Origin: a bacterium
GTDB taxonomy: Bacteria > Bacillota > Clostridia > Oscillospirales > Acutalibacteraceae
Length of the DNA: 64,000 bases
NCBI GenBank assembly: GCA_963661495.1
Contig: CAVLCA010000012.1
Coordinates: 4,450-68,449, forward strand
Reading direction: 5' to 3'
Of the stretch, positions 1-9,489 are shown piece after piece; positions within the stretch are counted from its first letter, which is position 1; each line of letters opens with the position of its first letter. A program made the position numbers and the translations under genes. The notes beneath the pieces are model-generated. The model ran no database searches and was not told the DNA's origin. It was given only the letters and a program-made list of their open reading frames with translations.

Positions 1-339
1 TAACTGATAGTCCTGAACGCTGTAACCGCCCTTCATATTCATCAACTTCATATCAGTGATAGCTTCATCAGCGTTATTAGTTGTTTTATAACCTACATAA
101 ACAGCTCTTTTTGTTGAAAGCAAATTATCTGCGCCGTCGTTAAGGTTATTGTCGATTACCTCATAGTCATTGTCGGTAAGCCACTTTTTGGCTTCTTCCT
201 CCGTTTTGCCGTAGCTGATAATCATTTCTTTAACATACTTTTTGCCGTTGAATGTTGCGGCAAAAGCACTTGTGCAGGTGGTTACGCAAAGTGTAACCGC
301 AAGCACAACGCTAATTAATGTACTTAAAAATTTCTTCAT
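1..339 (-). CDS. 5' part (113 codons) of a further member of the tandem surface-protein paralog family (subfamily A); runs off the left window edge
   Basis: Own translation from ATG at 339: MKKFLSTLISVVLAVTLCVTTCTSAFAATFNGKKYVKEMIISYGKTEEEAKKWLTDNDYEV...MKLMNMKGGYSVQDYQ. It is colinear with the N-termini of ORFs 383..2635 and 2628..4859. GGAGG RBS at 347-351. Confidence 0.85.
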   Translation of the reverse strand, partial: MKKFLSTLISVVLAVTLCVTTCTSAFAATFNGKKYVKEMIISYGKTEEEAKKWLTDNDYEVIDNNLNDGADNLLSTKRAVYVGYKTTNNADEAITDMKLMNMKGGYSVQDYQL

Positions 340-382
340 ATTTTTTCCTCCGTTGCCATTAGCTTTTTCGGTAATTTATCCG

Positions 383-2635
383 TTAAGCATTTTGCTTCTT
401 TGTTTTTTTCTTTCCGGTAACCGTACCAAGGTAAAACGCCACAGCGGCTACAACGATTGCAACACCGCCACCGATGAGTGCATATGTTCCGTTTGAAATT
501 GCACTGCCGGCAAATGCGCTTGCGTCTGTACCGTAGAAAAGATAGATACCGTCATTTGAATCGGCATATGTATAACCGGCTTTTTTGTTTGTAAGATTTT
601 GAGCGGCACTTTCGCAGAAGATTGAAAGCGGTGTGCTGTCGTTCGGCAAATCGCTATTGCCGACCTGAACTGTAAAATCTGTTGTTATCGGGTCGCCTGC
701 TGACTTATCCTTAGTGGTGTACAGTGCCACCCACTGTTTGCCGACATCACCGTTCAAATCGCCGTAGTCGCCAAGGAGTTTATTGTTATCCTTAACCATT
801 CCCTGTTCTTCTCTGTTGCACTTTACAGCAGTATAATAGGTATATGTTTTTTTGTCGTTTTCGTCCACACCCTGGTTCACCATATGCAACGGAATCGGTG
901 TAAACTCAACATTATAATACGCTTTTACATCCTGATATGTGCTCCAAAGTGTTGCAGCTGCTAACACAAGGGTAACGCAAGTTACCGCAATACTCGCATA
1001 ACATACCGTCTTTTGAAATGTCTTTGCAGTTCCTATGCTCTTATTAAGTCTATAAATTTGCACTTCCTTTTCACCTGACTGCTTAAATAGTTCCTTCGCT
1101 TCGTTACTTAATCCGTCAGTAACTTTTTGACCGCCTTTTGATACTAAATCTTTGGATTCTTGGGCTAATTTATTAATATTAGCTGTCGTATCACTAATAA
1201 AGTCTTTCATAGCAGCTTTAGTAGCACTGTTAAATACCCAAGCAGCGGTTGTAGCAACAAGTCCGGCACCGAAACAACAAAGCAAAACCAATGATGTGGT
1301 TGAAATATTGTCGCTCAAACCGTTCACTGCGTTTTCACCTGTTGCCGATTGAAGCTTGTATGCCTCACCCGTAAGTGCAACTTCATCGGTAAAAACCGTT
1401 CTGTCTACACCGCTGTAAACTGAAACATTTAACGATTTAACAGAATCCACATCTGTTTCCTCAACTCCCTGCTGTAACGCTTCGTCGTTGTTTATGCCAA
1501 GACCTACGATTTGATACATTGTTAAGAAATCAAGGCAAGCCTTTTGACCGTTTGACAAAACGGAAACAAGCGGATAAAGCATATATCTGTCGCTGCCCTC
1601 AAGATCGTAATCACCACTCGTAATCAAATCAAGGAGTGTAATATCGTCATTTTTCAATGTTTTAAGAAGTTCATACTGAATACCTGCAGCAACCCAGTTT
1701 TCATCTTCAAAATCAGCGTTTGCCGACTTGTATGCTTCTATCTCTTCGCTTGTACTTGTAACAGAAATGTCTGCATTTGTATATTTTTCAAGAAGTGTTT
1801 TGTACTCGTCAAGCTTTGAAGCTATCGTTTCAGCATATTGATCGTATTGAGTTGCAAGTTTCTTTGTAGCTTGATTTACTGTAAGGTCATCCTTATCCAT
1901 AAGTTCATCAAGCATTTCATCGTAAGTTTTTGCTTTATTATACCTTTCAAACCAGAGTTCGTCGCTGTCGTCAGCCGCCGTTGCAATAGTTTGCTCTATA
2001 GAAAGAACAGCTTCTGCATTGCCCTGCATAAGAATGGTTGTCATATCGCCAACCTTTGCTTTTTCGTCATCGCTCAAAGCATTGTATTCTTCATCTGTAT
2101 ACTCTTCTCTTACTCGATTGAGTAAAAGGTCGCCCATATACTGCTCTGTGTCGTCATCATAAAGCATATTAAGCATATCGTGAGCCGCAATTGCACGACC
2201 CTTGTTTGCTTTGTAATTATCTCTGTATTCCTGAACAGCAACTTTGAAATTGCTGAAAAAGTTCTTAATGCTTTCCTTTTGCTCAGAGAGAAGCATTTGA
2301 TAATCCTGAACGCTGTAGCCGCCCTTCATATTCATAAGCTTCATATCAGTGATAGCTTCTTCTGCATTTTCTGTTGTTTTGTAACCGAGGTAAACGGCTC
2401 TTTTTGTTGAAATAATATCGTCGGCACCGTCGTTGAGGTTGCTGTCGATAACTTCATAACCGTTGTCGGTAAGCCATTTTTTGGCTTTCTCAGCCGTGTC
2501 ACCGTAGCTGATAATCATTTCCTTAACATATTTATTGCCGTTGAATGTTGCGGCAAAAGCACTTGTGCAGGTGGTTACGCAAAGTGTAACCGCAAGCACA
2601 ACGCTGATAATCGAACTGAATAATTTTTTATACAT
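383..2635 (-). CDS. Uncharacterised three-span surface protein, paralog subfamily A (750 aa)
   Basis: Signal peptide ...LAVTLCVTTCTSAFA|A. Hydrophobic spans at about aa 445-468, 544-566 and 717-739. Lys-rich tail GKKKTKKQNA. The ATG overlaps the stop of the upstream paralog (ATGTATAA at 2628-2635). AAGGAG RBS. Confidence 0.9.
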   Translation of the reverse strand: MYKKLFSSIISVVLAVTLCVTTCTSAFAATFNGNKYVKEMIISYGDTAEKAKKWLTDNGYEVIDSNLNDGADDIISTKRAVYLGYKTTENAEEAITDMKLMNMKGGYSVQDYQMLLSEQKESIKNFFSNFKVAVQEYRDNYKANKGRAIAAHDMLNMLYDDDTEQYMGDLLLNRVREEYTDEEYNALSDDEKAKVGDMTTILMQGNAEAVLSIEQTIATAADDSDELWFERYNKAKTYDEMLDELMDKDDLTVNQATKKLATQYDQYAETIASKLDEYKTLLEKYTNADISVTSTSEEIEAYKSANADFEDENWVAAGIQYELLKTLKNDDITLLDLITSGDYDLEGSDRYMLYPLVSVLSNGQKACLDFLTMYQIVGLGINNDEALQQGVEETDVDSVKSLNVSVYSGVDRTVFTDEVALTGEAYKLQSATGENAVNGLSDNISTTSLVLLCCFGAGLVATTAAWVFNSATKAAMKDFISDTTANINKLAQESKDLVSKGGQKVTDGLSNEAKELFKQSGEKEVQIYRLNKSIGTAKTFQKTVCYASIAVTCVTLVLAAATLWSTYQDVKAYYNVEFTPIPLHMVNQGVDENDKKTYTYYTAVKCNREEQGMVKDNNKLLGDYGDLNGDVGKQWVALYTTKDKSAGDPITTDFTVQVGNSDLPNDSTPLSIFCESAAQNLTNKKAGYTYADSNDGIYLFYGTDASAFAGSAISNGTYALIGGGVAIVVAAVAFYLGTVTGKKKTKKQNA

Positions 2636-4859
2636 TGGCTTTCTCCTTCTTTTTTCTCTCTACACTTCTGCCTACAAAGAATGCTGCAACCGCAACCGCA
2701 ACAGCCGATACGCCACCGATAAATGCGTACATTCCGTTTGAAAACGCACTTCCTGCAAATGCGTTCTCGTCTGCACCGTAGAAAAGGTAGATACCACCCT
2801 TTGAATCGTTATATGTGTAGCCCATTTTTTCATTTGTAAGATTTTGTGCAACGCTTTCGCAGAAAATCGAAAGCGGATTACGGTCATCCGGTATATTTGT
2901 GTCTTTATACTGAACAACCATATCGGTTGTTATCGGGTCGCCGGCGGCTTTGTCCTTGGTAGTGTACAGTGCCACCCACTGTCTGCCGACATCACCGTTC
3001 AAATCGCCGAAATCCTCAAGAAGCTTGTTGTTATCGTTTACCATTCCCTGCTCCTCTCGGTTGCACTTAACAGCCGAGTAATATGTAAACACCTTTTCGT
3101 CATTTTCATCGACGCCCTGATTTACCATATGGGACGGAATCGCAGTAAATTCAGTGTTGTAGTACGCTTTTACATCTTCGTAAACTCTCCAAAGCGAAAC
3201 GAGCATAAGCACGATTGTAACGCATGATATGATTATTCCGGCTGTGAAAAGCACTTTTGACATAGCAGCAGCACTTTTTGAAGAAGCTTTGGATTGAACA
3301 TATTTTTTATGAAAATCATTCGCTTCGTTTTCGAGAGCCTCGGCTTTTTCACCTTCTATTAATTCGTAAGAATCTGACAATTTTAATTCATATTTATTAT
3401 AGAAATCCTTTGAAGCTTTCTTCAAATTTTTAGATAAATGACTGTAATAACCGCTAAGAGAAAATGTGGCAAGCGTTGCAAGAGCCGAAACACCGAAAGA
3501 ACAATAGAAAATGAGCGATAATGTGGAAATGTTATCCGTCCACTTTTCCGTCGGGTTTTTGCCTGATGAATTTTGAAGCGTGTACGCCTCGCCCGTCAAA
3601 GCAACATCACCGTCAAAGAACGAGCGGTCAATACCCTCGTAAACAGAGTAAGTACCCTCTTCTTTTGAAACTGCTTTGCCTATTTTATCCATAGCCGCTT
3701 TAACAGTTTCGTCATTGTTCAAACCGATTGCCATAAGCTGTTGCATCGGCAAGAAGTCAAGACAGGCTCTTTGACCTTCGGTGAGCACCGATACAAGCGG
3801 ATAAAGCATATATCTGTCGGCATTTTCCACATCGTACTCATCGCTGTAAATCAAATCGTAAAGCGAAACTTCGTCGTTCTCCAACGATTTTGTAAGCTCG
3901 TACTGAGTTCCCGCCGTAAACCAAACGGAATAGTCAAAGTCCTCGTGTGCCTTTTGATACGCTTCAAGCTCATCTTCCGTGCTGTAAAGAGTTATATCGG
4001 TATTTGTATAATTTTCAAGATAAGATTTGTATTGAACAAGGGCTTCCGCAATTTTCTTTGCGTCATCGTCATATTCGATAGCAAGCTCTTTGGTCGCCTG
4101 TTTTAATGTAATATCGTCATTATTCAAAGCGTCACTAATCATATCGTCATAGGTCTTTGCATCTTGATATCTTGTCATCCAAAGCGTGTCGTTGTCGTCC
4201 GTTGCAAGAGCGATAACTTGCTCCATCGCCAACACGGCATTGCCGTTTGCCTGCATAAGAATTGTCGTCATATCGGCAACTTTTGCCTTTTCGTCGTCAG
4301 ACAAAGCATTATATTCCTCGTCCGTATACTCCTCTTTTGTTTTGTTGAGCAAAAGGTCACCGAGATTTTGCTTCGTGTCGTCGTCATACATCATATTGAG
4401 CAAATCGTGAGCCGCAATTGCACGCTGCTGACCTGCATTATAGTTGTTTCTGTATTCTTTAACGGCAACCTTAAAGTTGTTAAAAAATGCTCTGATATTG
4501 CTTTTTTGCTCATCAAGAAGCATTTGATAGTCCTGAACGCTGTAACCGCCCTTCATATTCATAAGTTTCATATCGGTTATAGCCTCGTCAGCGTCGTCGG
4601 TCGTTTTATAACCGATGTAAACTGCTCTTTTTGTTGAAAGTTTGTTATCTGCGCCCTCGTTGAGATTGTAATCAAGAATTTCATAATCGTTATCGGTAAG
4701 CCATTTTTTAGCCTCGTCTGCTGTGTTACCGTAGCTTATAATCATTTCCTTGACATACTTTTTACCACTAAACGAAGCCGCAAAGGCACTTGTGCAGGTG
4801 GTAACACAAAGTGATACCGCCAGCACTATACTAATCAAAGCGCTCCAAAATTTCTTCAT
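2628..4859 (-). CDS. Uncharacterised three-span surface protein, paralog subfamily A (743 aa)
   Basis: Same architecture as 383..2635. The N-terminal about 440 aa and C-terminal about 190 aa are colinear with it. The loop between spans 1 and 2 is unrelated. Confidence 0.9.
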   Translation of the reverse strand: MKKFWSALISIVLAVSLCVTTCTSAFAASFSGKKYVKEMIISYGNTADEAKKWLTDNDYEILDYNLNEGADNKLSTKRAVYIGYKTTDDADEAITDMKLMNMKGGYSVQDYQMLLDEQKSNIRAFFNNFKVAVKEYRNNYNAGQQRAIAAHDLLNMMYDDDTKQNLGDLLLNKTKEEYTDEEYNALSDDEKAKVADMTTILMQANGNAVLAMEQVIALATDDNDTLWMTRYQDAKTYDDMISDALNNDDITLKQATKELAIEYDDDAKKIAEALVQYKSYLENYTNTDITLYSTEDELEAYQKAHEDFDYSVWFTAGTQYELTKSLENDEVSLYDLIYSDEYDVENADRYMLYPLVSVLTEGQRACLDFLPMQQLMAIGLNNDETVKAAMDKIGKAVSKEEGTYSVYEGIDRSFFDGDVALTGEAYTLQNSSGKNPTEKWTDNISTLSLIFYCSFGVSALATLATFSLSGYYSHLSKNLKKASKDFYNKYELKLSDSYELIEGEKAEALENEANDFHKKYVQSKASSKSAAAMSKVLFTAGIIISCVTIVLMLVSLWRVYEDVKAYYNTEFTAIPSHMVNQGVDENDEKVFTYYSAVKCNREEQGMVNDNNKLLEDFGDLNGDVGRQWVALYTTKDKAAGDPITTDMVVQYKDTNIPDDRNPLSIFCESVAQNLTNEKMGYTYNDSKGGIYLFYGADENAFAGSAFSNGMYAFIGGVSAVAVAVAAFFVGRSVERKKKEKANV

Positions 4860-4895
4860 TCTTTTTCCTCCGTCAAATTATGCAACCGTATGCCG

Positions 4896-7163
4896 TTAAG
4901 CATTTTTCTTCTTTTTTCCTTTGTTTCTGTTCTTTAACTTTTGGAAAAGTACATCAACAGCAACACCCATAACGGCACCTACACCAACGGCGATTGCCAT
5001 ATTTCCGCTTGAGAAAACCGAACCTACAGCCAAAGTTTCTCCTCTGTCAAAGTAAATATATGTTCCGTTTGCGGAATCTTTTTTGCCTGTGTAATCCTTT
5101 GAAGTAATGTTAAGAGCCGACTCTTCGCCAAAAAGATTTACGCTGTCGTAATCCAGAGGGGCATTGGATGATCCCTTAACAATTTTCATATCGGTTGTAA
5201 TCGGTTCACCAACAGATTGATCCTTTGTGTAGTAAAGAGTGAGCCAACCAACCGTACCCACAAAGTTATTCAAATCGCCCGCATTGCCCGAAAGGCTCGG
5301 CACGTAGTTATATGCAACATAGTCGTCCCCGTTGTCGGTACTTACAGTGTCAACAATATGATTTGGAATTGACGAATACTTTGCTGTTTGCGGTTCGTTT
5401 TCAGCAAACAATGTGTAAAGAGCCATACCGATTGAAATAAGTGTAAAAATAACCGTTACCGCAAGGAAGAACGCTCTTATTCCCAATATAACCTTACCGC
5501 CCGTTGTAGAGGCAATTGACGAACCTTTGCCGTAAGACATATTGGCAAGTTTTGAAGAGACTGTTCTTGTTGCTCGCTCGGTATAAGTTTCATCACATAT
5601 AATATTTTCAAACACTAATTTAGAAACTTTAGCTGACTCAACATGATAGCGGAACATTGCATTTGCCGAAGTTCTTGTTGCGGAGCCGATTGTAGTATCA
5701 AGTCTATGTAAAAACGCAGTTATTCCGAGATATATTGAAGCCGAAACCACCGCAGGAACAACATAAAATGCCCAAAAATCGTACCATTTATAGTCGCCGG
5801 CTTTTTGCGGTTGGAAAACTCTATCGAACAAATCCTCCGACCAACTCTTACCGCTTGAAGTGTATTTTTCGGTTGTTGCACTTGTCAAAGCAACGCCGTC
5901 ATCAAAAAGGCTTCTGTCTACGCCTTCGTAAATCGAAACGCTGTCATAACCCGAAAGGAGTTCGCTTACTTCGGCAAAGTCATCTTTTTTTGAATCGTCG
6001 CCGTCAATAATCACACGGGATATAACCTGCTGAAGACCGACATTTGTTACCTGTGCACAAAGCTTTTTACCCATAAAATAAGCAAGTGAGTAAAGTTCTG
6101 TATCATCAACTTCGCTCTCGTCACGCATAAAGAAATCGAGCATTGTGCCGTCACCGTATTCAACGCCGTTAAGATATTCAATAAGAACAGCATCCGAAAT
6201 GTCATTGGTTGCCGACTGAACCTCAATATTCTTTTCAAGCACTTCATTGAGCGCAGTTTCCGACATACCTTCCGTTACATCGGACGAAGTCGGAGCGTCT
6301 TCAACCTGCTCTGTAATTGCTTGAGAATTGAATATGAGTTTGCCGTTTTTCTCTGTGAAGTACTTAGTTTTAACAGCACTGAGGTTTTGATAAAATGTAT
6401 TCCATGTAAGACGAATAGTATCTGCCGAAGTACCGTAATCAGCCGCTAAAGCCTGATAAGCCTTGTTTGGAGTAGGATATGAATCCATATACAAATCCAA
6501 AAGGAAATCTTCATCCGATTCTGCCATCTTTTCAATCCACTTTTTATCGTTTGAGCTTTCACCCGCAATAAACAAAAGCTGTTGAATGTTCACAATAAAT
6601 GACGAATAACCCTGCATAAACACTTTGGTTATATCGGTCGTGTCCTTCAAATCGCAGTTGAGAAGATAATCGCCCATATAGGTTTGTGAATCGTCCTCAT
6701 AAAACTTATTAAGTGTGTCGTGTACAGAAACGGCAATTGCCTTACCGTCATTATAGTTTGTTCTGTAAGCGGTAATCATCGGAATCAAGCCGTTAACTGT
6801 AGCCGTTACGCTTTCCTTAATACTGTCAAGAAGTCTTTCGTAATCCGTGTAACTGTACTTACCGTTCATATTCATAGCAGAAAGACCGGTGATAGCTTCG
6901 TTTCTGTTCAAAGTTGATTTGTAGCCCAAATACATTCCGCCGTCCGAAAGACTTTCATTCAAATTGTCCTCCGACATAAGTTTATATCCCTGTGCCTTGA
7001 GCTTTGTTTCTGCTTCATCGGCAGACTTTGCCGTACAAAGAATCAAATCCGAAATATATGATTCCTTACTTGTTGCGGCAAAAGCACTTGTGCAGGTTGT
7101 TACACAGATTGTAACAGCCAAAATCACGCTTATTAACGCACTGAAGAATTTTTTATTTCTCAT
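4896..7163 (-). CDS. Uncharacterised three-span surface protein, paralog subfamily B (755 aa)
   Basis: Signal peptide ...LAVTICVTTCTSAFA|A, then TSKESYISDLILCTAKSADEAE...MYLGYKST..EAIT. Spans at about aa 463-485, 559-585 and 722-742. Tail KNRNKGKKKKNA. Confidence 0.9.
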   Translation of the reverse strand: MRNKKFFSALISVILAVTICVTTCTSAFAATSKESYISDLILCTAKSADEAETKLKAQGYKLMSEDNLNESLSDGGMYLGYKSTLNRNEAITGLSAMNMNGKYSYTDYERLLDSIKESVTATVNGLIPMITAYRTNYNDGKAIAVSVHDTLNKFYEDDSQTYMGDYLLNCDLKDTTDITKVFMQGYSSFIVNIQQLLFIAGESSNDKKWIEKMAESDEDFLLDLYMDSYPTPNKAYQALAADYGTSADTIRLTWNTFYQNLSAVKTKYFTEKNGKLIFNSQAITEQVEDAPTSSDVTEGMSETALNEVLEKNIEVQSATNDISDAVLIEYLNGVEYGDGTMLDFFMRDESEVDDTELYSLAYFMGKKLCAQVTNVGLQQVISRVIIDGDDSKKDDFAEVSELLSGYDSVSIYEGVDRSLFDDGVALTSATTEKYTSSGKSWSEDLFDRVFQPQKAGDYKWYDFWAFYVVPAVVSASIYLGITAFLHRLDTTIGSATRTSANAMFRYHVESAKVSKLVFENIICDETYTERATRTVSSKLANMSYGKGSSIASTTGGKVILGIRAFFLAVTVIFTLISIGMALYTLFAENEPQTAKYSSIPNHIVDTVSTDNGDDYVAYNYVPSLSGNAGDLNNFVGTVGWLTLYYTKDQSVGEPITTDMKIVKGSSNAPLDYDSVNLFGEESALNITSKDYTGKKDSANGTYIYFDRGETLAVGSVFSSGNMAIAVGVGAVMGVAVDVLFQKLKNRNKGKKKKNA

Positions 7164-7200
7164 TTTAACACCATTCCCTATACTTATTATATATAGTCAG

Positions 7201-9489
7201 TTACTGTTGATTAGGAACTGTCTTTTTTCTCTTTTCTTTCATCTTTCGGAAAAGCATATCAATCGCTATGCCGATAACCGCGCCCACACCGATTGAAATC
7301 GCTGTATTTCCGCTTGAGAAAACAGAACCCGTTGTTATTGCCTCACCACGGTTAAAATAAATGTAAGTTCCGTCTACAGAATCCTTAACTCCCGTGTAAT
7401 CCTTTGAAGTGATATCAAGAGCCGTCTCTTCACCAAAGAGGTTTATGCCCTCGTAATCAATAGGCGTCTTAGTTGAACCTTTAACAATTTTCATATCGGT
7501 TGTAAGCGGTTCGCCTGCTGCACTATCCTTTGTATAATAAAGAGTAAGCCAACCTGCCTTACCGACAAAATTGTTCAAATCACTTGCGTTGCCGGAAATA
7601 TTCGGCACAAAATTATATGCAATATAATCTTCGCCGTTGTCGGTAGTCACAGTGTCAACTATATGATTAGGTATCGTGGTATATTCTGCCGTTTGCACTT
7701 CGTTTTCGGAAAACAGTGTGTAAATTGCCATACCGATTGAAACAAGAGTTAAAATAATTGTTACGGCAAAGAAGAATGTTCTGAGCCCCGAAAGAAGTTG
7801 ACCGCCGCTCTTTGTTGAGCCGTCAACCAATGTACCCTTACCGAAAATTGCTCGTGAAGACCTTGATATTTCCTTTGCGTCTGTTGCATATAAATGCGGA
7901 TTGAATTTAATTTTTTTAAAAACCGCTTCCTTACCAATCTCTATTGACTGTCTGTTTACTTCCATACAACTGTTTACAAATTTTTGTTTCGTTTTGCCGT
8001 ATAAATCTTTAATCAAAGTTTTTTCTAAATGATTCGAAATACCGACAATCGTGCCGTAGCATGTAGCTGAAATAACTGTCGGCATAACATAGAATGCCAA
8101 AAAGTCATACCACTTATATTCACCGGCTTTTTGCGGTTGGAAAATTCTGCCAAACAGTCCGTCCGACCAGCTCTTGCCGCTTGAAAGGTTCTTGCTTGTT
8201 GTTGCACTTGTCAAAGCAACGCCGTTTTCAAAAAGAGTTCTGTCTACACCCTCGTAAACCGAAACTTTTTCGTAGCCTGAAAGAATACCTTCAATATTTT
8301 CGTAATCGCTTGCCTGAGCGTCGTCGCCGACAATGGTTAAGCGAGATACGACCTGCTGAAGTCCGACATTTGCCGACTGAGCACAAAGCTTTTCGCCCAT
8401 AAAGTATGCAAGTGTGTAAAGTTCAAAATCATTAACTTCGCTCTCGTCACGCATAAAGAAGTCAAGCATTGTGCCGTCGCCGTATTCCAAACCGTCGAGA
8501 TACGAAATGAGCACACTGTCAACAAAATCACTGCTTGCTTCCTGACCGTCAATACTTGCCGACATTGCGTCAACAGCGTCGTCTGTCGTTGAACTGTCGT
8601 CTAAATTAAACTTATCCGTATCAACGCTGTCAAAAGTTTGATTCATAGCGTCTTCGTTAAATTTAAGCTTGCCGTCACTTTCGGTAAAATATTTGTTCTT
8701 CGTGGTTTTAAGGTTTTCATAAAACACATTCCATGAAAGACGAATGTTGTCTGCCGAAGTGCCGTAATCTGCCGCCAAAGCTTGATACGCCTTGTTCGGA
8801 GTCGGGTAAGAATTGATGTACAAATCCAAAAGGAAATCGTCGTTTGAATCTGCCATTTTTTCAACCCACTTCTTGTCGTTTGAGTTTTCACCCGCGGTAA
8901 ACAAAAGTTGCTGAATATCAACAATAAATGCCGAATAGCCCTGCATAAACACCTTGGTTATATCGGTCGTGTCCTTCAAATCGCAGTTGAGAAGATAATC
9001 GCCCATATAGGTTTTTGAATCGTCTTCATAAAACTTGTTGAGCGTATCGTGAACCGAAACGGCAACCGTTCTGCCCGCTTTGTAATTTGTTCTGTAAGCT
9101 GTAATCATCGGAATCAAGCCGTTGATTGTTGTTGAAACGCTTTCCTTTAAACTGTTAAGAAGATTTTCATAATCGGTGTAACTGTACTTACCGTTCATAT
9201 TCAAAGCCGAAATATCAGTAATGGCTTCACTTCTGTTTGTGGTTGATTTATAGCCCAAATACATACCGCCGTCTGTAAGGCTGTCATTCAAGTTTTCATC
9301 CGACATCAGTTTGTAATCCTGCGCCTTGAGCTTTTTTTCTGCTTCATCAGCAGATTTTGCCGAGCAAAGAACCAAGTCGGAAATGTACGATTCTTTACTC
9401 GTTGCGGCAAAAACGCTTGTACAAGTTGTAACGCAGAGGACAACAGCCAAAATCGCACTGATAATTGCACTTAGCGTTTTTTTACGCAT
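7201..9489 (-). CDS. Uncharacterised three-span surface protein, paralog subfamily B (about 762 aa)
   Basis: Colinear with 4896..7163. The ORF track starts at 9495 (ATG), but the second in-frame ATG at 9489 has better spacing to the GGGGGAG RBS. Both overlap the stop (9482-9484) of the upstream paralog. Confidence 0.88.
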   Translation of the reverse strand: MRKKTLSAIISAILAVVLCVTTCTSVFAATSKESYISDLVLCSAKSADEAEKKLKAQDYKLMSDENLNDSLTDGGMYLGYKSTTNRSEAITDISALNMNGKYSYTDYENLLNSLKESVSTTINGLIPMITAYRTNYKAGRTVAVSVHDTLNKFYEDDSKTYMGDYLLNCDLKDTTDITKVFMQGYSAFIVDIQQLLFTAGENSNDKKWVEKMADSNDDFLLDLYINSYPTPNKAYQALAADYGTSADNIRLSWNVFYENLKTTKNKYFTESDGKLKFNEDAMNQTFDSVDTDKFNLDDSSTTDDAVDAMSASIDGQEASSDFVDSVLISYLDGLEYGDGTMLDFFMRDESEVNDFELYTLAYFMGEKLCAQSANVGLQQVVSRLTIVGDDAQASDYENIEGILSGYEKVSVYEGVDRTLFENGVALTSATTSKNLSSGKSWSDGLFGRIFQPQKAGEYKWYDFLAFYVMPTVISATCYGTIVGISNHLEKTLIKDLYGKTKQKFVNSCMEVNRQSIEIGKEAVFKKIKFNPHLYATDAKEISRSSRAIFGKGTLVDGSTKSGGQLLSGLRTFFFAVTIILTLVSIGMAIYTLFSENEVQTAEYTTIPNHIVDTVTTDNGEDYIAYNFVPNISGNASDLNNFVGKAGWLTLYYTKDSAAGEPLTTDMKIVKGSTKTPIDYEGINLFGEETALDITSKDYTGVKDSVDGTYIYFNRGEAITTGSVFSSGNTAISIGVGAVIGIAIDMLFRKMKEKRKKTVPNQQ

